IMG/VR virus record: IMGVR_UViG_3300009130_001605
Span: 1 to 64,000 of that record
Reading direction: 5' to 3' (one strand)
DNA: 64,000 nucleotides
Source of the DNA: a virus
A program made the position numbers and the translations under genes. Below the pieces are notes generated by a model. That model was not told the origin of the DNA, ran no database searches, and saw only the letters and a program-made list of their open reading frames with translations. Shown here one piece after another: positions 38,763 to 48,214 of the stretch; the first letter of the stretch is position 1, and every line of letters begins with the position of its first letter.

Positions 38763-40652
38763 ATGTCAAAAATAAGCTCAGCCACATCACTTACACTCAC
38801 TGCGTATCTAACCGAAAAAGGTAGAGACTACTTGGCTGGGTTTAATGGAAACAGCTCTAATAGAATTGTTGATGGGACGGACATGTTTAAGCCAACGAAA
38901 TTTACCCTTTACGACAGTGATGTAAATTATAGGGTTTCGGATAAACTTACAACAGGAGATCCAACCGATCTTGCTGGAAATAAAGGGGACAATTGTCTAA
39001 GTACAATTGCCAATCAAGTAAAAAAGAACATTCTAATTTATGAAGAAGGAAATACACCAACAATCTCTTTCGAATCTGATCTTTATGTGATAGACGAGGG
39101 GCAGGCTGTTTCTTTTCCAACATTATTAAGTCACTTGCAATTTGGTTTCATAAACAAGTCTGTAGATATATCAATTGACGAAGTTAGGTCAACTCTTGCA
39201 CCAAATCAATATTCAATTGATAATACACCTTCTACATTCACATACGAAGGGAGTATACAGGAATTTACATCCAACTTCACATCTACAACAGACGAAGAGT
39301 TTTTAATTGGTGAAACAAGGGATGTGGTTTTAACTCTCAGTAATTTTGTTGAAGCAGAGCCAGGTGAAATAACGGAGACAACAATAAGAATTAATGGAAC
39401 GGCTCCTCTTGAAATACCAATTAACTTTGATAGATTGGAGGATTCAGTCAGAACAGGATATGATGGACAGCATGGAAACATTGTTATAAATAATGGGTTG
39501 TTAACAGAGCCTTCTTTTGCTAATGCAACAGAAAACTATATGGAAATTGAGATTTCTGATAATCTAATTCCATATATAGACTTATTAAATATTAAAATTA
39601 TAGAATCTGATGTATTAGCTGAAAGTAACAGGCCAATAATATTAGTTGATCGGCATACTGTGTCTTCTATGATAAGAAATGGAGAAAGAGTTCCATTTGA
39701 GATGCTAGAGGGTGATGACAGTTTTGCTATTGACACAAGGATTAGCACAATAGATTCTATTGACTCTTCTTTCAGGGGTTCTATCACATTTAGGATTGTA
39801 GAAGCTGGAGAAGGGATTTCAGTTGGAGTAAGAGATACTTATGTAATAAATGTAGAAGGTGTTGATCAACCTGTTATTCCAGAATGTGTTCCTGCTGTTT
39901 TTGAAGACCCTATGTTTGATGAAGGTAATTATCGTTGGGCACACACAGTCAATGCTCATATTCCATCATATATTGAAAATCTTGATAATAACAATCAAGC
40001 TGTTTTGGCTGTAGAGTCTTTTGATCAATGGCAAGATTCCACAAATGGTGTATCTATGGCTTTTGGTGGTCCTCTAAGTGAGTATGATCGCTCAGACATA
40101 CCAGGGGAAGTGTCTCTTCAAGAAAGGTGGAAATTAATAGATCCTGAAAAAAACATTGATAGTGATTCTGGTATATATTCAAAAATACTTTTTGAAAACG
40201 GAGGAAGTCTTTCTGGTGATTATATTGCAAAAATAAGCATAAGGGCCTATACCGCTGGTAACCCTAGAGATATATTAAGAAGGCCTAGGGTTTATATAGT
40301 TGCAGGGTATAATAACTCTGATTTTGAAATTAAAGCGGAACAAAATTTCGATGTTGAAAATGGTGTCACTGATTCTGGAGTTCCTGATTTTATAAATATT
40401 GAGCTCCCTATAACACTTGATGGAGAAAGTTATTTTGGTTTTTTCGTAAAAGCAATTGATGGAGCTACAGCAGAAGGGGCTTCTGGGGTTAGACTGCCAG
40501 CTTTTGGATATGAAGAATGTCTAAACGAGCCAGACAGAGAATTAAGAGACGTTCCTCAAGGTCAAATTTGGGCGTGTACTAAAGAGTTTGGGGGTACTAT
40601 CGAATTTGCTACCAATGTAGAAGTGGATTCTTTTCAGGTAATTTGTCCATAA
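38763..40652 (+). CDS. structural protein, family A N-terminus plus Calx-beta/Ig-like domains
   Basis: AYLTEKGRDY; PTISFESDLYVIDEG..VVLTLSN..GEITETTIRI; late motif at 38744. Confidence 0.65.
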   Translation: MSKISSATSLTLTAYLTEKGRDYLAGFNGNSSNRIVDGTDMFKPTKFTLYDSDVNYRVSDKLTTGDPTDLAGNKGDNCLSTIANQVKKNILIYEEGNTPTISFESDLYVIDEGQAVSFPTLLSHLQFGFINKSVDISIDEVRSTLAPNQYSIDNTPSTFTYEGSIQEFTSNFTSTTDEEFLIGETRDVVLTLSNFVEAEPGEITETTIRINGTAPLEIPINFDRLEDSVRTGYDGQHGNIVINNGLLTEPSFANATENYMEIEISDNLIPYIDLLNIKIIESDVLAESNRPIILVDRHTVSSMIRNGERVPFEMLEGDDSFAIDTRISTIDSIDSSFRGSITFRIVEAGEGISVGVRDTYVINVEGVDQPVIPECVPAVFEDPMFDEGNYRWAHTVNAHIPSYIENLDNNNQAVLAVESFDQWQDSTNGVSMAFGGPLSEYDRSDIPGEVSLQERWKLIDPEKNIDSDSGIYSKILFENGGSLSGDYIAKISIRAYTAGNPRDILRRPRVYIVAGYNNSDFEIKAEQNFDVENGVTDSGVPDFINIELPITLDGESYFGFFVKAIDGATAEGASGVRLPAFGYEECLNEPDRELRDVPQGQIWACTKEFGGTIEFATNVEVDSFQVICP

Positions 40653-40708
40653 AATTAAACAAAATGTCAAAATAAGGTATAACTATTTATTAAGACGTGT
40701 GTTTAAAC

Positions 40709-40737
40709 TTGACTTTGTCAAATTGGCTTATTAGATT
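40709..40737 (+). promoter_or_regulatory. sigma70-like promoter TTGACT-N17-TAGATT
   Basis: Upstream of the ruvC-like gene. Confidence 0.5.
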
Positions 40738-40752
40738 AAAACAAAAACGAGA

Positions 40753-41319
40753 ATGTTAATAAGTTTAGATATATCAACTTCAGTAATAGGAATCACATCT
40801 TTCGATGAAGAAACTGGTGCTTTAATTGAATTGGATTACATAAAATTCAAATCAGGTAAAACCATTTTCGAAAAATTAGAGGATTTCAAAGAGAAGATAA
40901 AACATTACGAAGGTGCAAATGTAAATTACATTGCAATCGAGGAACCATTAAAGAAATTTATGGGTAAATTCTCAAATGCATCAACAATATCTTTGCTTAA
41001 TTTTTTCAATGGGATGATTAGTTCATACATGTACACAACTTTCGGAATTGAGCCATGGTATATGAATGTGAATACAGTTCGTAAAACTGCATTTCCAGAA
41101 GTTAAATTAAACGCAAAGAATATTAAGCATGAAATCTGGGGACAGGTTAAAAACTGTGAACCTCAAATAAATTGGAAGTATTCAAAAAGAACAATGAAGC
41201 TTATGCAAGAAAACTACGATATGACAGATTCATATGCAGTAGGCAGAGCATATCTTAGAACATTAAATGAAAGTGGAAAAATAACTCTTAAAGAAGATTA
41301 TTTCGAAACTAAATCATAA
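40753..41319 (+). CDS. ruvC: RuvC-like Holliday junction resolvase
   Basis: ISLDISTSVIGI, IAIEE and DMTDSYAVG catalytic motifs. Confidence 0.85.
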   Translation: MLISLDISTSVIGITSFDEETGALIELDYIKFKSGKTIFEKLEDFKEKIKHYEGANVNYIAIEEPLKKFMGKFSNASTISLLNFFNGMISSYMYTTFGIEPWYMNVNTVRKTAFPEVKLNAKNIKHEIWGQVKNCEPQINWKYSKRTMKLMQENYDMTDSYAVGRAYLRTLNESGKITLKEDYFETKS

Positions 41320-41350
41320 GACACTTATTTGTGGTTAGATGAGGGAAATT

Positions 41351-41381
41351 GGATAGGTATTTTTATCTATCCTTTTTTTTT
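41351..41381 (+). terminator. intrinsic terminator
   Basis: GGATAGGTA..TATCTATCC hairpin followed by T9. Confidence 0.8.
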
Positions 41382-41530
41382 ACAAGCCTTCTATTGAAGA
41401 AAGCGATGATATTACTCTTAGTAATACTTACCCAATTCATGTGGAAAAAATTTATGGCACAAATGAATAAGTAAAGAATTATAGCAAGTAATTTTTTTTA
41501 TGTCATAAATTTCATTTATATTTGCCTGAT

Positions 41531-42502
41531 ATGACAGATGTAGACGAAATGCTTATTTTTCTTGTTGAGGATATTCTTGGACCACACAGGCCAACTAAGA
41601 AGGATAACCCACAAAAATACTTCCATTGCAAAAGCCCACAGTGCATACACAATCATGATAAATTTCATTTAGCATATAATGCTGAAAAACGTGTATTCAA
41701 GTGCTTTAAATGTGAAAACAAAGGATCTATACAAAGATTGGTTTCTTACTATGGTGGTAAAACTCATAGTGAGAAATTAAAACTAATCCTTCCATATCAC
41801 ATTCCGCAAAGTTACTTTGATAGACCTAAGGTTGACTTTGCAAATGTTACTTGTGAATTACCAAAAGAATATCTTCCTCTTTGGAAAAAAAGAGATTCAT
41901 TTAAGTATAGACAAGCACTCGACTATGTGATTAATACTCGAAAGATCACAATGGAACAGATTAAGGAATACAACATCGGTTACACCGAGGAAGGTAATCG
42001 TAAGTTGCGTATCATCATCCCATCGTACAACAGTAGTGGCAAGGTGAATTACTATGAAGCAAGAGCTTATTGGGATAAGATTAAGATGAACTATATCAAG
42101 CCTGACAATCCGAATAAAGATGATGTTATATTTTTTGAGAATAGGGTTAATTGGGATTTACCAGTATTCCTAGTGGAAGGAGTATTCGATGCATTGAGAG
42201 TTCCTAATGCAATACCTATGCTTGGGAAGATACCTTCTTACTATTTGATTTCGAAATTACTTGAGCATAACTCCAGGGTTATTCTTTGTCTTGATGAAGA
42301 TGCAATCAAAGAAGCGTATGAAATATACGAAGATTTCTCTTCTCTTGGTCTTGATATGTACTTTATTGACATGTCTGGTAGAAAGGATATATCTAAAATT
42401 TTTGAAGATAATGGTAAGAAAGCTATTGTTGATTTGCTTAAGACGATTCAAAAGCTTAACTTTGAGAAATTTCTCGAAAAACTAATACAATATGAGCGTT
42501 AA
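41531..42502 (+). CDS. DNA primase (Zn finger plus TOPRIM)
   Basis: FKCFKC zinc finger; LVEGVFDAL, LCLDEDA and KDIS motifs; ATG 41531 preferred. Confidence 0.9.
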   Translation: MTDVDEMLIFLVEDILGPHRPTKKDNPQKYFHCKSPQCIHNHDKFHLAYNAEKRVFKCFKCENKGSIQRLVSYYGGKTHSEKLKLILPYHIPQSYFDRPKVDFANVTCELPKEYLPLWKKRDSFKYRQALDYVINTRKITMEQIKEYNIGYTEEGNRKLRIIIPSYNSSGKVNYYEARAYWDKIKMNYIKPDNPNKDDVIFFENRVNWDLPVFLVEGVFDALRVPNAIPMLGKIPSYYLISKLLEHNSRVILCLDEDAIKEAYEIYEDFSSLGLDMYFIDMSGRKDISKIFEDNGKKAIVDLLKTIQKLNFEKFLEKLIQYER

Positions 42503-45500
42503 AAAAATAGCACACTTTGCCGATATACAATTAAGAAGAGGGTCGAGACACGAAGAATTCAAACAAGTTTTCCTAAGGGTTTATGATGACCTTAGAAAAG
42601 AAAAGCCTGATAGAATTTATTTGGCAGGAGACATTTTTCACAATAAGATCGATATGTCTCCAAACTTGGTTTTAATAACCAATCAATTTTTTTCTGAATT
42701 ATCAAAAATAGCACCAGTTGACATTATACCAGGTAACCATGACCTTAATTTGTCACAGTTATCTCAAGGTGACACAATTCTCTCAATTATAGATCCTCTT
42801 TATAACGGGGTTGTTGTAAGAGAAAATGATGATGCCACAACTGATTATTGGAAACAATATGGAGACAGGTATGGTATTTTCTATTTCCCAGAAAGTGGAT
42901 ATTACAATATCGATTCTGAGACCGTTTACGGACATTACTCTTGTATCGATGGGAAAATACTTAACCTAACACAAAAAGACCCACAAAAGAACTACATTGC
43001 CCTCTATCATGGACAAGTGTATGAGTCGATGAATGACAATGGGTCTATGAACATGGGTCATGATTTATTGAAGATCGAAGCGTTCAATAACTTCGATATT
43101 GTTGCAATGGGAGATATTCATGAACACCAGACGTTCAGAGATAATCACTCAATGGCATACCCAGGAAGTCTTATTCAACAGGGGTATGGAGAGTCAATTG
43201 AAAAGGGTTACATCGTATGGGATGTTGAAGACAGGAGTTTCAGAAAGAAATATATCCCGAATGATTACGGATTTGCAAAAATCAGTATTTCTCATGGAGA
43301 ACTTTGGGAAGACAGGCTTAGGAACATGCAATTCTCTAACGACAAAGAAAAAACTAAAGTCTATGTCGAATGGGAAGATTATGATGAAAATTATTCTGTC
43401 GAGAAAGAAGATCAAATTGTAAAATTCCTTAAAAACCAATACGGATGTAAAGTTATCACTGTTGTTCACAAATCGATTGTGAAAAATGCGGAGCTTGCAG
43501 TTGAGGATGGAGAGGCGGACATAATGCTTGAAAAAGATTTCATCGAAGTATTAAAAGAGTACATCGAGGACAATGATGAGCAATTTGATCTGGAGAATGT
43601 AGACATAGATGACATTTTAAAGTTTGCAAAAACTGTTGATAATGAATTAGGGATTGAGATTGGCAAAAACTATTCAAATGTATCTTGGTACATCGAGTCT
43701 TTTGAGGTTTGTAATTTATTTTCATACGGTACAACACCAATTAAGTTCGACTTTAGAACTCTTCGAGGACTAACTGGTATCTTTGGTCCAAATTACTCAG
43801 GTAAAACAAACTTTATCAAATCTCTTGTTTGGGGGTTATTCCAAAGCATTTTGGGAGGTGGAGATGCTAAGAAACTTGTAAACATATTCACAGAAAAGGA
43901 TAAGGCTTACGTGAACATCTATATTGACCTTGGTGGCCAAAAGATTCGTATTCTACGTTCTGTTCGTAATGTTGTGAAGAAAGACGGAACAATTAAAAAC
44001 GAATACGATGTTAGGTATGAGAAATGGATCAAGAATGATACGTCTGGTGTTTGGGAGTGGAAGGCTGAGGAAAACGATAAGAAAACAAACACAAAGTCTG
44101 CTGTAAAGGAACAAGTGATCGAAGCAATCGGTACCCCTGAAGATTTCACCAAAGTAAATCTTCAGTCTGAGAACGGTAAAGACAACTACCTTAACTCCGA
44201 GCAACAAGGCAAGAATAAGTTGATGAAGAAATACTTAGGACTTCAACCTTATTCTGACAGATTTGATTATGTGAAAAAGAAATATTTTAATCCAATTTCT
44301 AGGGAGCAGAAAAAACTTGGTGATGTAAATGCTATTTACGAAGACTTGAAGGAAGCTAAGGAAAAACTCGCAATCGATAGAGAGAACTTCAAAAAGCTCA
44401 ATAAAGAAAAAGAAGAAAAAAGTGAACTTGCAGATAAATACAACTCTGAGATTATAAAACTTAGTGAACAACTTCATGCTATTGATGCCACAAGAGAGAA
44501 GAGTGTTGATGAAGTTGAGAACAAAATCGGTGACACAAAAAAATTGTTGTCTGAAAACAAGAAAAAATACTCCGAATTAGAAGAGTGGCTATCTAATAAT
44601 TTCAAGAAAGAAATGCCAGAAGAGATTAATGGTACAGTAGAGACAATAAGCACTGCATTGTTAAAAAAGAAACAAGAACTAGAACAGGCAAGAAATTGTT
44701 TTAAAAAATCTAATGAATGGATTAAAGTTAATCCAAAAAAGGATGAAGTTGATATTTCTGATTTTGAAAAAGAGGTTGATAATATCAAAGCTGATATTGT
44801 TAAGTATGAAAACATGCTCCCTAATTTTAGGGGAGAAAAATGCACTTCATGTGGACATGTGTCTCACGAGCCTCAGCCAGAAAGAGAAAAAGGTTGCCTA
44901 AACTATATCGCAGGATTAAAGGAAAAGCTAAGTGAAGTTAAGTCAAAAATAGATGATGCTAAATCTATTGTTGATCATAACTTGAGGGTAGATATGGCTA
45001 ATTCTGAATTGTCAAACTTAAAGTCTAAAGGTCAAGTCCTAAAATCTGAAGTAGATGAGTTTTCTAGGAAATTGAAGGTTTTGGAAAGTTCTAAAGATCT
45101 CATTGAGAAAAACAGGCTTGTAGATTACAAATCTGCCGAGTTAAAGAATTTTAGAAACTTCATAGATAGAGATAAAGACTTGTTGATCGAATACAGTGAA
45201 ACAATTGTAAAGATTAAACAAAACGAAGAGAATGCTCAGGTTAATGCAAAGATTAACGTTGACATTAAATCGAAAAAAGATAAATTGACTGAATTGAAGT
45301 ACGCTGTTTCAAATATAGAGAGACAACGTGTAGAAGTGAACGGTGATATTCGTGTCAATTCAAAAGCAATCGATGATTATGAAAATCAACTTGAGAGCAT
45401 AAGAGAGCAGGAAAAGATGTACAAGGTTTATTCAATCTATGTTCAATGCACAAGTAGGGATGGTATCCCTGCAAACATTATCAGAAAGAAACTTCCGTCT

Positions 45501-45953
45501 ATCAACAGTAAGATTAGAAGTATTCTTAAAGATTTGGTGGAATACAAACTTGAGCTTTGGCTTGATAAGAAAGGTGATATTAAGGAAAGTTTTTTCTACA
45601 ACGATGATAAGAGTGACAACTTGCCTATGGATAGTTCTTCTGGAGCTCAAGGGTTCCTTGCAAACCTTGCAATTAGAGATGCATTGCATTACGCTAGTAA
45701 GCTTCCTAAGTCCTCTATGTGTATCATTGATGAAGGATTCGGTAAATTGGACCCAGACATCACAATAAACATGCAGGAGCCTCTTAATTACCTTAAGAAC
45801 AAATACAGAAATGTATTCGTGGTAACTCACAAGGATATTGTAAAAGACTTCATGGATAACATTATCGTTGTCGGGAAAAGTAAAAAAGATATAAGCTCTG
45901 AGAATCAACAAAAATATCCTCAGGCTTGGACAACTCAAATTACAATTAAGTAA
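42492..45953 (+). CDS. fused Mre11/SbcD nuclease-Rad50/SbcC ATPase (gp47-gp46-like)
   Basis: GDIFH, GNHD, GDIHEH, YPGS; Walker A GPNYSGKT; coiled coil with CTSC hook; SSGAQ signature; IIDEGFGKLD; VTH. Confidence 0.92.
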   Translation: MSVKKIAHFADIQLRRGSRHEEFKQVFLRVYDDLRKEKPDRIYLAGDIFHNKIDMSPNLVLITNQFFSELSKIAPVDIIPGNHDLNLSQLSQGDTILSIIDPLYNGVVVRENDDATTDYWKQYGDRYGIFYFPESGYYNIDSETVYGHYSCIDGKILNLTQKDPQKNYIALYHGQVYESMNDNGSMNMGHDLLKIEAFNNFDIVAMGDIHEHQTFRDNHSMAYPGSLIQQGYGESIEKGYIVWDVEDRSFRKKYIPNDYGFAKISISHGELWEDRLRNMQFSNDKEKTKVYVEWEDYDENYSVEKEDQIVKFLKNQYGCKVITVVHKSIVKNAELAVEDGEADIMLEKDFIEVLKEYIEDNDEQFDLENVDIDDILKFAKTVDNELGIEIGKNYSNVSWYIESFEVCNLFSYGTTPIKFDFRTLRGLTGIFGPNYSGKTNFIKSLVWGLFQSILGGGDAKKLVNIFTEKDKAYVNIYIDLGGQKIRILRSVRNVVKKDGTIKNEYDVRYEKWIKNDTSGVWEWKAEENDKKTNTKSAVKEQVIEAIGTPEDFTKVNLQSENGKDNYLNSEQQGKNKLMKKYLGLQPYSDRFDYVKKKYFNPISREQKKLGDVNAIYEDLKEAKEKLAIDRENFKKLNKEKEEKSELADKYNSEIIKLSEQLHAIDATREKSVDEVENKIGDTKKLLSENKKKYSELEEWLSNNFKKEMPEEINGTVETISTALLKKKQELEQARNCFKKSNEWIKVNPKKDEVDISDFEKEVDNIKADIVKYENMLPNFRGEKCTSCGHVSHEPQPEREKGCLNYIAGLKEKLSEVKSKIDDAKSIVDHNLRVDMANSELSNLKSKGQVLKSEVDEFSRKLKVLESSKDLIEKNRLVDYKSAELKNFRNFIDRDKDLLIEYSETIVKIKQNEENAQVNAKINVDIKSKKDKLTELKYAVSNIERQRVEVNGDIRVNSKAIDDYENQLESIREQEKMYKVYSIYVQCTSRDGIPANIIRKKLPSINSKIRSILKDLVEYKLELWLDKKGDIKESFFYNDDKSDNLPMDSSSGAQGFLANLAIRDALHYASKLPKSSMCIIDEGFGKLDPDITINMQEPLNYLKNKYRNVFVVTHKDIVKDFMDNIIVVGKSKKDISSENQQKYPQAWTTQITIK

Positions 45954-45954
45954 T

Positions 45955-46677
45955 ATGGATTTCAATAAAGAAGCAATAAAGTCACCAATGTTAGAGTTGG
46001 TGACTTTATCTGAAGAAAAAAGATCGGAAGTAACAAAATTTGTCAAAGAAGTTGTTGGTGAAAAATCGAAAGAAGACCATCACAAAAGAGATAGTGGCCA
46101 AGAAGAAAAAAGGTGGTACACTGGTTTTTGTGGCGAATCTGCTTTGGAGCAATTTCTTGGAGAGGAATTCGTTGATTTATCTGTTGGTAACTCAAATGGG
46201 TATCACGTATCCGACTTGTCAAAACTAAATCTCGACATTGGAGTTAAAACTGTTGAGAAAGGTAAGTTCCCGATCATCTTTAAGAAAAACAGAACGCCTC
46301 AAATCATAGTTATCAAAGACAGTAATTCCAGATTTACAATCGCAGGTTTGGCTACTCCAGAAATTCTTAACAAATACCAAAGTGATGAATTGATACTTAG
46401 CCCTGCTCTTCGTGCCAGGGGAACAAAAACAGGGTTCTACGGCTTTAAGTTCCTAAAGAAATTCGATAGCATATCGGATTTAAAGATGATGACAAGGAGC
46501 GTACCAAATGGGACTAAAATTGTTTCCAAAGGTGTTGTATACATTCTTAATGTAAAAAATGGAAAGTACGAACTTACACTTGAGAGTGACGGTAAATTAA
46601 TTGGTTCCTACAGTTTATTCTCTATGAACTTTCGATTAAAAGACATGAGCAAAAAAGACGGTGTTTTTTACGAATGA
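45955..46677 (+). CDS. PD-(D/E)XK-like hypothetical nuclease
   Basis: GFCGESA...SD...IGVKT pattern. Confidence 0.45.
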   Translation: MDFNKEAIKSPMLELVTLSEEKRSEVTKFVKEVVGEKSKEDHHKRDSGQEEKRWYTGFCGESALEQFLGEEFVDLSVGNSNGYHVSDLSKLNLDIGVKTVEKGKFPIIFKKNRTPQIIVIKDSNSRFTIAGLATPEILNKYQSDELILSPALRARGTKTGFYGFKFLKKFDSISDLKMMTRSVPNGTKIVSKGVVYILNVKNGKYELTLESDGKLIGSYSLFSMNFRLKDMSKKDGVFYE

Positions 46678-46724
46678 TCTTGAAACATTCTTAACACAAC
46701 TCTCGTTATAAAAAGAAAAAACTT

Positions 46725-46934
46725 ATGGGAAGAGAATATATTTTAAGCATGACATCGGAAGATGGGTCAGTTAGATACCTTAAAGAATTTGAGATAAGTT
46801 CAAAGAGAATTTCTCAAGAGTGGTCTTCAAATATAGAGGATGCAGATAAGTTTGACACTAGACAATTAGCAAATGGTGTAAAAACCTGCCTTCAAGACGA
46901 GGAAAGTTTCATCAGCGTAATGGAAGCATGTTAA
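46725..46934 (+). CDS. hypothetical protein
   Basis: A-rich start context; 69 aa. Confidence 0.65.
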   Translation: MGREYILSMTSEDGSVRYLKEFEISSKRISQEWSSNIEDADKFDTRQLANGVKTCLQDEESFISVMEAC

Positions 46935-47083
46935 AACGTTGGAAGGAAAAACTTTACCACCTATGGTACCTAGCTTGCATGTCCCCTCAAAAAAGGGAGT
47001 GGCGTAAAAACTTAATAAGGCTTGGTAAGGTTTTAGAGGAATCGAAAAAAACTACTGTAATAAAAGATTATGAAAAAAAGTAA
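46928..47083 (+). CDS. small basic hypothetical protein (51 aa), absent from the ORF track
   Basis: MLKRWKEKLYHLWYLACMSPQKREWRKNLIRLGKVLEESKKTTVIKDYEKK*, overlapping both neighbours. Confidence 0.5.
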   Translation: MLKRWKEKLYHLWYLACMSPQKREWRKNLIRLGKVLEESKKTTVIKDYEKK

Positions 47084-47264
47084 TTGGGTTTTCAAATTAC
47101 CAAGAAAGAAAAAAAAGGCATTTAAAATTTGGTTTGCAAATCTTGAAGGTTTCACGGTTGCTCCTGACAAGGAAATTACACCAGAGGGAATATTCAAAGA
47201 CTTGTACTCGATGTTTAGATCTCAGAATTGTGCCAAAGTAGTAATGACCACAAAAGGTAGGTAA
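47070..47264 (+). CDS. hypothetical protein with a KLPRKKKK motif
   Basis: 64-aa ORF in operon. Confidence 0.6.
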   Translation: MKKSNWVFKLPRKKKKAFKIWFANLEGFTVAPDKEITPEGIFKDLYSMFRSQNCAKVVMTTKGR

Positions 47265-47266
47265 CT

Positions 47267-47515
47267 ATGAGCGACATAATAAAAGAAGCCTTTGACAACT
47301 TGGACCCAAAATCAGAGGAGAGAGTCAAAAAACTTGTAGATGAAATCGAGTTAGGTTCTAAAAGTAATATTTGGAAAAAAATCTACAAAGGATATAACAA
47401 AAAAGAACAAGAAGTTTGTTGGCTAATATGGGGCGGTGTTCCAGTAGACCATGAGTGGGCTAAAGGTACCAAGGTATTCAAGGAAGCTTATAAAATGGCT
47501 TATCCTGCAAACTGA
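47267..47515 (+). CDS. hypothetical protein
   Basis: 82-aa ORF. Confidence 0.6.
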   Translation: MSDIIKEAFDNLDPKSEERVKKLVDEIELGSKSNIWKKIYKGYNKKEQEVCWLIWGGVPVDHEWAKGTKVFKEAYKMAYPAN

Positions 47516-48144
47516 TTACCGAATTGACCTGGAGCAAATACTTGCTTAGGTTCAACTGGCTCTGATTGGGTATTTTGTTGCATCTGATCTAAGTCATCTT
47601 GTTTTTGTGTTTCTTGATCATCAACGTCTTTTTGTTGAGATAATGCTGTTTGTGCTTGTGCGGCTTTTCCTGCATTAAAAGCAACTTGTACACTCATTTG
47701 CTTGTCGTTAGGATTATATCCTGGAGGTGCTTGTGTAAAGAAATTATCCGTAAACCACATCCCTTTGATGTTGTTTGCATTAAAAAGTCTCCATTCACCT
47801 TCTGCCTCTGCACTTCTGTTTCCAGTTTCTCTTGCCTTTCTCTCTGATTGTCCGATTAGGTGCAATCCTCTAATTACAGTGTTTCCATCTGCAGATGTAC
47901 CCATTGCCATTGGTCTGATAATTCTGTATTTTGGTACAGGCATTTCATAGTTCTCGTTGTCACTTTTAAAAAGAAGCCCAACCTCACGACCTTGCTCAAT
48001 AGCTTGTTTCATCATCTCTCTATTAAAAGGAACTCTTTCCACACTTTTAGATAGCATGTTCGTTTTAGTCTGTGCATCAACCTCGGTGATGATACCAGCT
48101 AGTTCTTGAATTCTTTTTCTGTATGATTCTTCTAGGATAAGCAT
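47500..48144 (-). CDS. WYL-like domain protein with an N-terminal RIQELAGI motif
   Basis: YRIIRPMAMG..GNTVIRG..EWRLFNANNIK; late motif 4 nt upstream. Confidence 0.55.
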   Translation of the reverse strand: MLILEESYRKRIQELAGIITEVDAQTKTNMLSKSVERVPFNREMMKQAIEQGREVGLLFKSDNENYEMPVPKYRIIRPMAMGTSADGNTVIRGLHLIGQSERKARETGNRSAEAEGEWRLFNANNIKGMWFTDNFFTQAPPGYNPNDKQMSVQVAFNAGKAAQAQTALSQQKDVDDQETQKQDDLDQMQQNTQSEPVEPKQVFAPGQFGNQFAG

Positions 48145-48214
48145 ATTCTATAAATATAACCAAAATTTTAATTTGATGTCTTTTTTCATTAACTTTGCTT
48201 AAATAACTTTGAGC

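Noticed and set aside
41381-41470. Short open frame YKPSIEESDDITLSNTYPIHVEKIYGTNE* after the terminator
   Set aside because: No start codon or recognisable motif; too short to support
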